From assembly GCA_002104905.1 (NCBI GenBank), contig MCFE01000046.1:62001-126000 (forward strand): a stretch of DNA of 64,000 nt, given 5' to 3'. Positions 1 to 10,920 of the stretch are shown in pieces (the stretch's first letter is position 1; each line of letters begins with the position of its first letter). The notes beneath the pieces are model-generated. The model was given only the letters and a program-made list of their open reading frames with translations. It did not search any database and had not been told where the DNA came from. Position numbers and translations under genes: made by a program. Source of the stretch: Basidiobolus meristosporus CBS 931.73 (Eukaryota > Fungi > Basidiobolomycota).

Positions 1-193
1 ACAATGTCTGTTTAGTTATTAGAATCTACAAAACTGATCCAGAATAGTCATCTTTGTCTTCTTTTAGCATCAATGACTTTCTTTGGTTCATATGATGCTT
101 GGTAGCTACTCTGAATGCAAATCTACTGATTTAGATTGATACAGCTGATTTTGTATTATTGGAATATACTGATAGAACAGAGATTACCACTTT

Positions 194-542
194 AGTTGTA
201 AAAATTTGTAATTCCACCTATATATTCACCTAACTTAGTCACTTAGATCATTACCTTCAAATCCTAGAGAATACTGATCAAATTCCTTGTTGGGATTTAC
301 TTGGAATATTTTCACCAAAATACCAGGTACCCAGAACATGAGAATTCTCAAAGTTGTCCAAACAGCCCCAAACTTTGCGCACATGTTCTTGGGACCTTCC
401 TCAACCTATTCTATGTGTTTGTAATGCCAAGACCAGGTAAAAGTATAAATACTACTTTTACATTCAATAGCTCATTAAGTGAAAACCACATAATCTACTT
501 GTTCTCCCAATCATTTCTAATATCTCCAAGACTCTTACAGTA
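194..542 (+). repeat. Solo LTR, copia family 1
   Basis: Homologous to the LTR at 1621-1967; flanked by a 5-bp TSD ACTTT (189-193 and 543-547); both termini slightly mutated. Confidence 0.85.
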
Positions 543-739
543 ACTTTATAGTTGTGAGACTCATCTCAAAAAGGGCTTAGATTGATCATGTTCCCCCAAT
601 AGCTATTTTCAACCTTGAGCTTGATTTGCAAAGCCAAGTGATCTTATCAGCATCTTTGGAATCCACAAAAGCCATTTGGTCAATTCTTGCACATTTTTCT
701 TTCAGCTCAATAGACAGCAGATGTCAGGACTTCTGGATC

Positions 740-1235
740 AGCCCTTAGAGAGATAGTTGTGAGGTTCCCATCAAAAGAGTGTTACAAAATTAGGATCCTA
801 TGACTAAAATGTATTAATCCCATTAGGCCACCATGTAAAGACCGTAAAAAAATAATTGCACCCCAGATTTCACAAAAAACCTGGTCAAAGCTTCTGATCA
901 CAACAATATGTAAGTGGCTCTGATTGTTCTCTGCAAAGTCCCTTGCTTTCTGATCCCAGACACTGCATCACCTCCTACATCTGTTTACATTGATTGGCTA
1001 TTGCCACCGTTTCTCACTCCTTACTTACTGACTCAAACAGCTCTCTTACTTCTCATGCATAAAAGTGGATTGATTTCTATTCAATTTTTAGTTGCAATGC
1101 AATTGCCAATTGTACTGACCTACCCAAGTTGCTATACCAAGCAATAGCACTAAGCCCAACCCCACACTCTACAAGTAACTCCATCACAATCCACTATTCA
1201 ATAAGTATTCTTGCTGTAACACCCTTTTTCTGTGA
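740..1235 (-). repeat. Terminal segment and accessory-ORF 3' end of a CACTA-like element
   Basis: Collinear homology with about 5165-5655 (e.g. tacattgattggctattgcc, aagcccaaccccaca); the first part is also similar to 19035-19150. Confidence 0.6.
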
Positions 1236-1620
1236 CTGCCATGTTAGAGAACATATTATTATCTGCATTGGAGATAGCCTAGTCATCAACAAGATAGCTG
1301 GCTTTTCTGGATACAATGGATAGCATTGCTATCAAATGTGTGAGACCCAGGGGGCCTACTCCATAGCCCACACACATTATCATTATCCAAACACCAATAC
1401 TAAGGACATTATCTTCCCATAAAGAGATGACCAGAGGTCAGCATGCACTTACAGTAAAGCTGGTGGCTATAAGCCATTGGCCATTACATGGAATTAATCA
1501 TAAATCAAAGTTATTAAAGATTGAGGGAATCCATTGAAGCAAAAGCTTCCATGGGGGGCAATGCATTTACTCTTCAACAATATTCCCCAACTAATGACCA
1601 AATTATATGTGAGGAGTTTC
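1236..1620 (+). pseudogene. CACTA/EnSpm tnp2 transposase fragment
   Basis: Reads HIIICIGDSLVINKIAGFSGYNG*HCYQMCE and AMHLLFNNIPQL, matching the GD..A..K..G..GHNG...C..C and HLLFxNI motifs of fungal tnp2; contains stops. Confidence 0.7.
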
Positions 1621-4600
1621 TGTTGTAAATTTGTAGTTCCACTTAAATATTCATCTAGCTTAGTCACTTAGATTACTACATACTAATTATGGAGTATACT
1701 GACCATATTACTTGTCGGGATTCATCTTGAATATTCTTACCAAAACATCTGATACCCAGAACATGAGAATACTCAAAGTGGCTCAAACAGCCCTAAGCTT
1801 TAAACAGATTTTCTTGGGATCTTTCTAAATCTATTCTAGATGCTCTATATGCCAAGACCATGTGAAACCATAAATACTACTTTTACATTCAATAGGTTAT
1901 CAGGTGAAAAGCACATAATCTACCTGCTCTCCCAACCACTTTTAGTATCTCCAAGACTCTTGCAACAGGTTTTGAGCTCTAAGCTTTCACTCTCTGCAAT
2001 GTCTACTATGGCTATTACTGGAACTTTTCCCTCTGCTGAAAAGTTGGATGGCACTAACCATCAAGTGTGGAAGGTGAAGATACAGATGCTCCTACTAGGA
2101 AGAGACCTTGGGCAAATTGTCATGGGAGAAGAATGCCCTCCTAGAAATGTGGGAGAGGAAGCTTTAAAGTAGCAGAAAAAAGCACAAAGTGCCTTTAAGT
2201 GCATTTGCCTTAATGTCAAATGCAAGTTGTTTATTTGATGATCAAGAGCAAAAACTGCAAAAAATGCCTGGAAGGCATTAAAAGACACATACCAGTCATG
2301 TTCAGCTGCTAAGAAAATGTATCTTAGGCAAAAATTCTTTACTACAAAGATGCCACCAGGAGAAGATATGACAAATCTAATAAATGGGATTGCCTTGCTG
2401 GTGGATGAGATAGAATATTTAGGTGTACCAATTGCTGATGTGTATGTTCTAATTACTATCCTGAAGAGCCTGACATACAAGTTTCAGAGCCTTGTATCTG
2501 CGCTAGAGTCTAGAACTGAAGATTAGGCCTAACACTTATGAAAGCCTCCTGGATAAAGAATTAAGAAATTTAAGGATCAATAAGAAGAGGGATGAAAATG
2601 CTATAATAAGTAATGATGACCTGCAAAGGGGGTACTCAAGACCTTTTGAAGGCAAAAACAACCTGTTTTTCAGCTACTACAAAAGGAATGGAAACAAATT
2701 GGACTGGTGGCTTAAGTGGAGAGATGGTTAACAGAAAAGACCTTTATTTGGAAATGCTGCAACAACTGAAGTTAAGCTACTCATAGCAGCACTAAATATG
2801 TGCACAAACAAGGATTCTCAGGTGTGGTATATTGGCTCTGGAGCATCTTAACACTTTACATACCAAAATAAACTCTTTAGCCAATATCAAGAAATTCCAA
2901 TTAAGAAGGTTTTCATGGGTGACAATAGAACACTTAATGCAGTGGAGGAGGAACTATCCAAGAGAATCTTAGAAATAGTGAAGGAAGCCACACACTTACC
3001 TATAAAAGAGTACTCTATGCACCAGAAATAGCCAAGAACATACTATCTGTCAGCAGGGTCACTGCAGAAGGACTCAGTGTCCACTTTGACAATTCTGGAT
3101 GCAGGATTACTGATTGAAATGGTGCCCATATTGCTTTGGGTATCAGAGATCAGAATCTGTGCAAGTTGACTTATACTTCAGTATATCTGGAAGCCAATAT
3201 AGGTACTTGAATGAAGAAACACCAATGCTTTGGCACAGGAGATTTGAACTTATCAATTTTGAATATTTGCGCAAAATGATCAAAGATCAGCTAATTTCCA
3301 GAGTAAAAACTGATCCCCCAGCTAATTTGTAGCACTGTGAAGCCTATGTTCATGGGAAACAAGCCATAATACTGTGTAAGAGCTCTGGGCTAATCAAAAC
3401 TAAGAAAAACTTGATTTCATTCACTCAGATATGTGTGGACCTATATCAAAGATTATCCTTAGGCAGAATGAAGTACTCAATCACATGTATTGATGATTAT
3501 TCAAGATACACATGGACCTATTACATGGAGAGAGCAGAAGAAGCACTGCCCAAGTTCAGGAAGCTTAAAGTCATGGTGGAGAGAGAAACTGGCAAAAAAA
3601 CAAGAAAATACACTCTGACAATGGTGGATAATATACCTAAAAACTTTTCATCCACTTCTGCAGAAATCTTAGGATAATGCAAGTAACTACTGTGCCATAC
3701 TCTCCATAGCAAATAAGTAGCAAATATGAAAACAGATCAATAAATGATATGACAAGATCTATGATCCATGATCAAAATTATCCTATGATTTTTGGTCAGA
3801 GTCAGTTGCCACAGCTGTGTACCTTATGGGTACAAGTCTTAACAGAATACTATGTAAGTCTACTCCATTTGAGATATGGTATGGATGCAGACCAAGCTCA
3901 CAACATATAAGAATACTTGGGTGTAAAGCATTTGCTGAGAAACCGCTTGAAAATCAGTCAAAATTTGAGCCACAAAGTGTGGAATGCATATTTTTGAGCT
4001 ACTTACCAAGAGTAAAGCATAGAGACTTTACCATACCAAAGTAAAGAAGCTGGTCAAGTCCAGGGATGCAATGTTTGATGAAAACTCAGAATTCTCACAA
4101 CAAATGACATCTGATGATGACCAAAGTCTGATCACAAGCCCACCAATAGTCAGGATGGAATCAGGATAAAACAGTGATATTTTTTCACCCATGTTTCAGT
4201 CTGAATCTGTACCCAGGAGTATCCCAGAAGTGATCAATCCAGTGTCACAAGCCAGGATATTCAACTGGACCAGAAATAGCCCAAGTTACTATATCAGTGA
4301 AGGTACAAGCTTAGCCTATGCCTATTCTGTCCATATTGATGAGCTGCAGACTGTAAAAGAGGTACTAAATAGTCCTCAGACAAAGTTTTGGAAATATGCA
4401 ATGACTGAGCAGTATCAGGCCCTGATGGAGAGTCAAATTTGGAACTTAGTCAAATCACCATTCAGCTGGAAATCAATTGGATGCAGATGGGTTTTCAAGA
4501 CAAAATACAAGGCTGATGGTACAAATCAAAGATATAAGGCAATATTTTTGGCCAAAAGACACTCTCAAACAAAAGGACTTGACTATACTGAGCCCTTTGT

Positions 4601-5165
4601 ACTGGTAGCCAAGTTTAATTTTATCAGATTAATATAGGCTATTGCAGCCAAATACATGTTTTTAGACATCACTAGGAAGTCAAAGCTGCATTTTGAAAGG
4701 GGAATTTGATGAGGACATGCACATGGACCAGTCTGATAGGTTTGCTGACCAATATAGCCCCCATTTGGTCTGCAAGCCTAAAAGATCTCTATATGGTCTC
4801 AGACAATCACCAAGAGCCTGGAATTGCAAGATAGGTTCATATTTAGAATATTTGAGCTTCCAAAGAAGTAGTGCTGACTATTGCAAACACTATAAGCCAG
4901 AAAGAGCAAGTCCAGCTTTATTGGCTCTATATGAGGATGATCTTGTCATAGCTACCAATAACCTGGAAACATTGGAAGAGACCAAGTCCAGCCTATCAAA
5001 GGAGTACAAGATGTCCAATCTTGGAGGATTAAGTTACTACCTGGAGATAAAGTTCCCCATAGACTGAGATACCTGGACTATCACCCAGAATCAATCCAAG
5101 TATATCCAAGATTTACTAAAGAAGTACCAAATGGAAGACTGTAAACCAGCAGCTACCCCTATGAG
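1621..5165 (+). mobile_element. Degenerate, 3'-truncated Ty1/copia (family 1)
   Basis: 5' LTR 1621-1967 (TGTT...AACA), PBS relic GGTTTTGAGCTC at 1968-1979, then fragmented gag (YLRQKFFTTKM), integrase (CIDDYSRYTW) and RT (SIGCRWVFKTK, LYGLRQSPRAWN) in copia order; no RNase H or 3' LTR. Confidence 0.9.
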
Positions 5166-5467
5166 AAATAATTGTGATGATCCTGTCAAAAGGCTATCAC
5201 AAAATTAAAGCCCCATGACTAAGTGGCATTGATCCCACTGGGACACCACGCACAGACTGTTGAAAAATAAATGCACCCCAGATTTCACAAAAAATTTAGT
5301 CAAAATTTTTCATCACAACAATACATAAGTGGCTTTTGATTGGTCCTAAGCCAATTCTCTCACTCCCTGATCCTGGACACTCAATCATCTCCTATGTTTG
5401 TGTACATTGATTGGCTATTGCCTCTTTTCACACTCATTACTTCCTGACTCAACCAATTCTCTTATTT

Positions 5468-7144
5468 TCATGCAAACAAATTGATATATTCCTGTTGAAA
5501 CTTCAGTTGTGTCTCAATTGCCAACTGTACTGACCTATACAAGTCCCTATATTCATCACTAACATTAAGCCCAACCCCACATTTAGAAGGTAACTCCATT
5601 AAAATCCACCATTTGAAAAGTATTTCTGCAGTTATGTCCTTTTTCCATGACTTTGGCAGGAATGCTGCAGCTTTGTGCCACTGTTCTTTCACTGATTCCC
5701 ACATGTCCTAGTCTTTAGCCATCAATGAAAGGTCTAGCATCTCATTTACCAGACTGCAATAAGTCCTTGCAATATTCAAGTGCATTTTCTTAAGCACTGC
5801 TCTTGAAGAAGTGCTGCAACCTCTTGGTGTGCCTATCAATGGTCCAAAATTCCACTGAAGGCACTGTGATAACATTTTGAGTTCTTGACAATGTTACTTT
5901 ATCTGTCAGTGGGATCACCACTCTGTCAATAATGGAGGACATGAAGGCTGTGGTAAACATATTGCCATTCTCTGAAAACTCATCTACCTCACTGGAGTGT
6001 AGCTCAACTAGCTGTGCTTCCAACTGTTGTGAAAACAGCTGTTTTCTTGTTAGTAATTCTCCTTGGCTATGATGGGATTCAGTCTGTTCCAGGCTTACAG
6101 CATTAGTTGGCAAGAACCACACCTTTTTTCTAATGCTTCCCTGTCTCTGGCTTGGATATACTTTTTTCCCTTTAACCTCTACATTGCCAATGCCAATTCT
6201 TTCACTGCTACTTTGACTGTGTGCTTTGTCAGTGGAAATACACTTTTTTCTTGATAAATGTTGTGCTGGTTAATCTGTGTCTGCCTGCTTGTCCTTATTG
6301 CCACTCTTTCAGCTACCTGATGTCTCTTTGACACTTGTTTGGAGCTTTTAGATCAGCTTGTAACAGGCTCTTGAGGAAGCTGCTGGGTTTAGTCATTGCA
6401 CCCTTGTTCTTCTGCCTTTGATACTTTCTGTTATTGTTGAGATACTCTTGTAGCATACCAATGCTGGCCCAAGATCTGTGTGCTTTTTTGAATCCAGGAT
6501 CATGCTCATGGAGCAAGCTAAGCACATCCTGCTTGTCCTTGAGTTTCCAATGATCCCATAGTATGCTGGCTTTAAAGTGTTGGTGTGCTAGATATCTAAT
6601 GACCTCCCAGCTATTAACCCACTTTTTATCATTGCACTTAATGTCTTCACAGATCTTCAATGTCTTTGGATTTTTAGGCTCTGGTAAAAACACTACATTA
6701 TCTCCCTCCTATGATGTGATGGGTGTTTCTGCGGGCTTTATCTCAGGCACTGTTGTTGTGCTTGAGAGACTCTATGATGCTCCTCTGTTGTTACGTTGGG
6801 CAGTAGCTCAATTCTGGGCTGTGGCATTGATCTACTTTAGTTCCTGCTTTGCAGCAAAAATACTGCTTTCTCTACCAGGGATATTGATTACTCTACACCA
6901 CCTATCTGCTCATCCTGTTTCTGGACTATTTCTGGATTTTTCTGGGCCATGCATATATCATATCAGCCACTGCACCTAATTGCCTCAGTAAAACTTTGGT
7001 ATGAGCCAACAAAATACCTGCAAATAAAGTTAGTAGAGATGTTAGGATGGCCACTTGCTGGTCTTCAGCTGAAGATGCTGCTTTTGCTACATTTGCATAT
7101 GCCTCAGTATGATGGTCAGCTTGCAGCTTGACAGGTGTTCTCAA
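5468..7144 (-). pseudogene. Fragmented accessory gene of a CACTA-like element, function unknown
   Basis: Consecutive minus-strand ORF pieces (6313-6693 with WASIGMLQEYLNNNRKY, 5790-6122, 5468-5704); divergent from the tnp2 5' region at about 7560; its 3' end is fused to tnp2 sequence at 740-1620. Confidence 0.45.
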
Positions 7145-7289
7145 TTACCTACTTGACTGAGAGCCTGAGGAGTCTGCATTATTACCTTGAGTGGGCACAC
7201 TGTCCACAGGGCCTTTTTTGGTTGTAGTCCCACTTGTTGCACCAAAATTCAAAGCAAGCTGCTGTCCAACCTTTCTTCTGCTGCTGTCA

Positions 7290-7746
7290 GAGGTGGGGTT
7301 TAGTTGGGAACCAGAGGACTTTTCTTTATTTTATGTTGCAAATATATAGAAATGAGTCAAAGCAAAGGGGAAATAGTGTGACATATACTTGTGTACGTGG
7401 CACCACAACTTTATATATAATGCTTACTATAGCAGGTCATCATTAGAACTGACATTCATGTGGGAACAATGTCTCAAATACAAGACTGTCTTTAGTTCAC
7501 ATGAGTATCAAAAGAAATGAGATACTAGCATTGCATAGTTGAGTGTCAAGCTGTTTGCTCTGTGGACAAGACTGCTTTGGTTCAGCACTCTAGTAGAAGA
7601 GAGAAAAGACCATGTGGCTGGAGTAGCAAGTCTCTCTGCCATGAAGCATGCAGAGAGCATAGGAAGTATTACAAGGATCACAGCCAGTGTTTTGCTACCC
7701 AAGTCATATTTGACCATTTATCAGTCCCAACTGTACCAACAATATC
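7290..7746 (+). pseudogene. 5' region of CACTA-like transposase, interrupted by the chromovirus and continuing at 13432-13700
   Basis: Homologous copies at about 29950-30370 (+) and 37900-38150 (-) share an EKRPCG.CNKPL.H.A.R.HR Cys/His motif; the continuation matches 43574-43897 (-). Confidence 0.5.
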
Positions 7747-8268
7747 TGTCATGATCACATGACAACCATGAACACCCATGCCAAGTTTTCAGCTTCCTAG
7801 CTCAATTTCTAAGAGATTCCTTCTGGAACCTTCTACCACCTTCCAGAAAGTTCCTGACCATTCCAAACCATTGTTACACAATGGAACATTCTATGGAAGC
7901 TTTCCATCGTATTTTTTATAGTCCAGTACCATATATGGAAATACCAGGTCACATGACTTAGTCACATGATCAGGTGACCCAATCCATTTCCCCATCCTGT
8001 CTCAGTGCCGTGTCATCTATGTCATTATCCCCAGCACCATTGCTGTGCCTCACCCCACAACCCCATTAGTATTAGCTAATATCTCTTGGCATCAATATAG
8101 CCAAGAAGTATATATAGTCCTATCCCCCCTTAAGTATTCCTCAGTCTGATAAACACAGGTCTTGAATAAACAGCCTTGCCTTGAATCCTGCCTTGCCTTG
8201 ATGGTCCACACCTAAGTCCTTTCCTGCCATGCCTAGCTTTTCCTCCTGCCTTGTGTCTATTCATAACA
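7747..8268 (+). repeat. Chromovirus 5' LTR (522 bp)
   Basis: TGTCATG...ATAACA; TATATATA at 8109-8116; differs from the 3' LTR by 5 substitutions and one 17-bp duplication. Confidence 0.98.
7821..7853. promoter_or_regulatory. Two tandem heat-shock elements in LTR U3
   Basis: TTCtgGAAccTTC (7821-7833) and TTCcaGAAagTTC (7841-7853), both perfect 3-unit nGAAn arrays; the 3' LTR has the same pair. Confidence 0.65.
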
Positions 8269-8270
8269 GT

Positions 8271-8281
8271 TTTATCAGACT
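8271..8281 (+). promoter_or_regulatory. Self-priming primer-binding site
   Basis: TTTATCAGACT is the exact reverse complement of AGTCTGATAAA (8143-8153), which lies about 30 nt below the LTR TATA; no TGG tRNA-type PBS is present. Confidence 0.85.
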
Positions 8282-8674
8282 CTCCTGACTTACCTGTGGA
8301 TCCCTGCCTTCTGCCCAAAGTTTGAAGAAAACTTGTAAAAGGAATACTCACCGTAAGTATCACCCATCATCTTTCCCTAGTCTTGTCCTATAAAGGCAAA
8401 GATACTTTATCTTTGTAAAACTATTGGTCAAAGCTGCATTCACTTTATTACCCTGCTGGTGGAGTTTACAGTTGTTACAGTATTGGAAGCTTTAGTACAA
8501 TACTCTATCAAAGGACGTTGAAACCAGTACCTTCTGAAGTGACGCTAACTTATTTAAGTTGGGGATTGTGGCTCAATAGTTGTATTCTTGACATACTAGT
8601 GGCTTTACAAACCCACAACCTAGTTTAGCATATTCCAGTATTCCTTGCAAGTTCATCCACCTTCCTCTGCTACC

Positions 8675-9607
8675 ATGTCCAGCCTAGAGCTGAACTTTGC
8701 CCAGCTCATGGCTGCCTTTACCCAACTGCAGCAAGACCATGCAGACCTCAGAAACACTCTTGCTCAGTTCCAGAACCAAAGTGCCCAGCAAACTAGCCAT
8801 GTCCCAGTCTACCAAGAACCCAAGTATACTCCTGCTAACAAGTTCAATGGCTCTCAGAATGAGTTCTGTGGCTTCATCAACATGGTGAAGAACAACCTTG
8901 CACTCCAGCCCAACCGGTACCCCACTGACCAGGCCAAAGTTGGTTTCATCTCCAACCTGCTTACTGGTACAGCTCTCAAGTGGTTCTCCCCATTAGTGGA
9001 GACCAACTCTCCCCTCCTCAGAGACTACCAAGCCTTTCTCACTGAAATGGAGCTAACATTTGGTAACCTTGACCAAGCCAGAACTGCTGCCAACAAGATC
9101 AAGACCCTCAAACAAGGGAACAAACCAGCATCAGTCTATGCCTCAGAATCCCAACAACTCTCCAGTGACCTCAGCTCCTGGGGTGAAGCAGCCTTGATAA
9201 GCCAATTCAAAGATGGCCTTAATGATGAAGTTTGTGATCTGCTACTCACACTCCCAGATCCAGATACATTGGTTGAAGCTATGCACCAAGCAATACGGTG
9301 TGATAAAAGACTATTCCAGAAGAAGCAAAAGAATTGTCAAAGACACATTCCTGTTGCAGTCCCAGCTCCTCCTGCTCCCCAAGTCACTCCAGAAGATCCT
9401 ATGCAGATTGATAGTGCCAAATACAAGAAACTATCAAAGAGTGAAAAGTCCAGACGTCAACAAGCCAACCTCTGTCTATACTGTGGCCAACCAGGTCACT
9501 TTGCCAAGTCCTGCCCCAACAAGAAGTCCAGCTTCAAGCTGATGCAGTCCTCCAGCAACCAACCTGATCCAGATCTGTCGGGAAACTCCAATGTCCAGTT
9601 GCACTGA
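8675..9607 (+). CDS. gag: Gag with CCHC zinc knuckle
   Basis: ACCATG start; Retrotrans_gag-like core ([28 protein letters not shown]), PMQID motif, [14 protein letters not shown]. Confidence 0.95.
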   Translation: MSSLELNFAQLMAAFTQLQQDHADLRNTLAQFQNQSAQQTSHVPVYQEPKYTPANKFNGSQNEFCGFINMVKNNLALQPNRYPTDQAKVGFISNLLTGTALKWFSPLVETNSPLLRDYQAFLTEMELTFGNLDQARTAANKIKTLKQGNKPASVYASESQQLSSDLSSWGEAALISQFKDGLNDEVCDLLLTLPDPDTLVEAMHQAIRCDKRLFQKKQKNCQRHIPVAVPAPPAPQVTPEDPMQIDSAKYKKLSKSEKSRRQQANLCLYCGQPGHFAKSCPNKKSSFKLMQSSSNQPDPDLSGNSNVQLH

Positions 9608-9700
9608 CAGGCTTGCAACTGGACCCACCCATGAAAATCCAGCATATACAAGAATCTTCCTTTGCCATAATATCTATCCAGTTCTTGAGAATGCCTGTCA
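9580..9700 (+). promoter_or_regulatory. -1 programmed ribosomal frameshift signal (gag-pol)
   Basis: G GGA AAC heptamer in gag frame (9580-9586), 6-nt spacer, perfect 11-bp stem 9593-9603/9614-9624; the -1 frame is open into pol. Confidence 0.85.
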
Positions 9701-10920
9701 AAATCCAGATCCCTGACTCCAGTCCTGTCCCAGTCTTAGCCCTGATTGATTCCGGTGCTTCATCCTGTTTCATTGGCCAAGCCTTTGTCCAGAAGCACTC
9801 TATTCCTGTTACCTTGAAATCCTGTCCAGTCCAAGTAGAAGTTATTGATGGAAGATCACTCTCCTCCGGTGCCGTTACCCATGAAACATGCTTACTTCAG
9901 TTGTCCAGTACTGCTCACCAAGAAAGAATTGCCTTCAACATCATCAACTCACCACACTATCCTATTGTGCTTGGAAGCTCATGGCTGAGCTACCACAATC
10001 CAAGTATTGATTGGAAATCCAAAATCCTGTCATTCACCGGATCCCACCAAGTCAACTCCATGAAATCTCCAGACCCTGATAACCGTGAAAAGACTGTTGC
10101 CAACAGTTCAACAGCCCTAGATACCTTGCCAGCTGAAGGAGCCCCCTCAGCAAACATACCAGCCAAGTACCAAGAGTTTGCCCATGTGTTTGACAAGAAG
10201 AAAGCAGAACTCCTCCCTGACCATTGGCCTTATGACTGCCCTATTGACCTTGAAGATGGAAAAGTCCCTCCATTTGGCCCAATATATAACCTCTCCCAGC
10301 CAGAATTGAAAGAACTCCATGGTTATATTGAAGAAAACCTCCAGAAGGGTTTTATTCAGCACTCCAAATCACCTGCTGGAGCCCCAATCCTCTTTGTCAA
10401 GAAGAAGGATGGCACACTTGGAATGTGTGTGGACTACCGTGCTTTGAATAAGATCACAGTCAAGAACTGCTACCCCCTGCCCCTGATCAACACACTGTTG
10501 GATCAGCTATCTGCTGCCCAAGTCTTCACCAAGATTGACTTGAGAGGAGCTTACAATCTTGTCAGAATCAAGCCCGGTGATGAATGGAAAACTGCCTTTT
10601 GCACAAGATATGGTCACTTTGAGTACAAAGTAATGCCATTTGGCCTCACCAATGCCCCTGCTGTGTTTCAACACCTCATGAATGACATATTCCGTGAATA
10701 CCTTGACCAGTTTGTGGTAATCTACCTTGATGATATTCTCATATACTCCAAGAGCCAAGATGAACATGATGAACATGTCAAGAAAGTATTGAGAAAACTA
10801 GACTCTGCCGGTCTCTATGCCAAGCTAGAGAAGTGTGAATTTGACCAGAGAGATGTGGAATTTCTTGGTTACCTCATCAGCCCTGAGGGAACAAGAATGG
10901 GCTTGAGAAGCAATTCATAG
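9586..10920 (+). CDS. pol: Pol N-terminal part: protease and reverse transcriptase, truncated
   Basis: LIDSGAS protease, [17 protein letters not shown]; ends out of frame after [13 protein letters not shown]. Confidence 0.93.
   Translation, partial: LQCPVALTGLQLDPPMKIQHIQESSFAIISIQFLRMPVKIQIPDSSPVPVLALIDSGASSCFIGQAFVQKHSIPVTLKSCPVQVEVIDGRSLSSGAVTHETCLLQLSSTAHQERIAFNIINSPHYPIVLGSSWLSYHNPSIDWKSKILSFTGSHQVNSMKSPDPDNREKTVANSSTALDTLPAEGAPSANIPAKYQEFAHVFDKKKAELLPDHWPYDCPIDLEDGKVPPFGPIYNLSQPELKELHGYIEENLQKGFIQHSKSPAGAPILFVKKKDGTLGMCVDYRALNKITVKNCYPLPLINTLLDQLSAAQVFTKIDLRGAYNLVRIKPGDEWKTAFCTRYGHFEYKVMPFGLTNAPAVFQHLMNDIFREYLDQFVVIYLDDILIYSKSQDEHDEHVKKVLRKLDSAGLYAKLEKCEFDQRDVEFLGYLISPEGTRMGLRSNS

Noticed and set aside
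5790-7254. Host protein-coding gene
   Set aside because: Fragmented by stops and frameshifts, and its 3' part and upstream region are repeated elsewhere in the window in TE context.
7949-7969. Point-centromere CDEI elements (RTCACRTG)
   Set aside because: No AT-rich CDEII or CDEIII follows; the sites are part of a mobile LTR.
8400-8520. Hammerhead ribozyme in the shared leader module
   Set aside because: No CTGANGA...GAAA core with compatible stems was found by eye.
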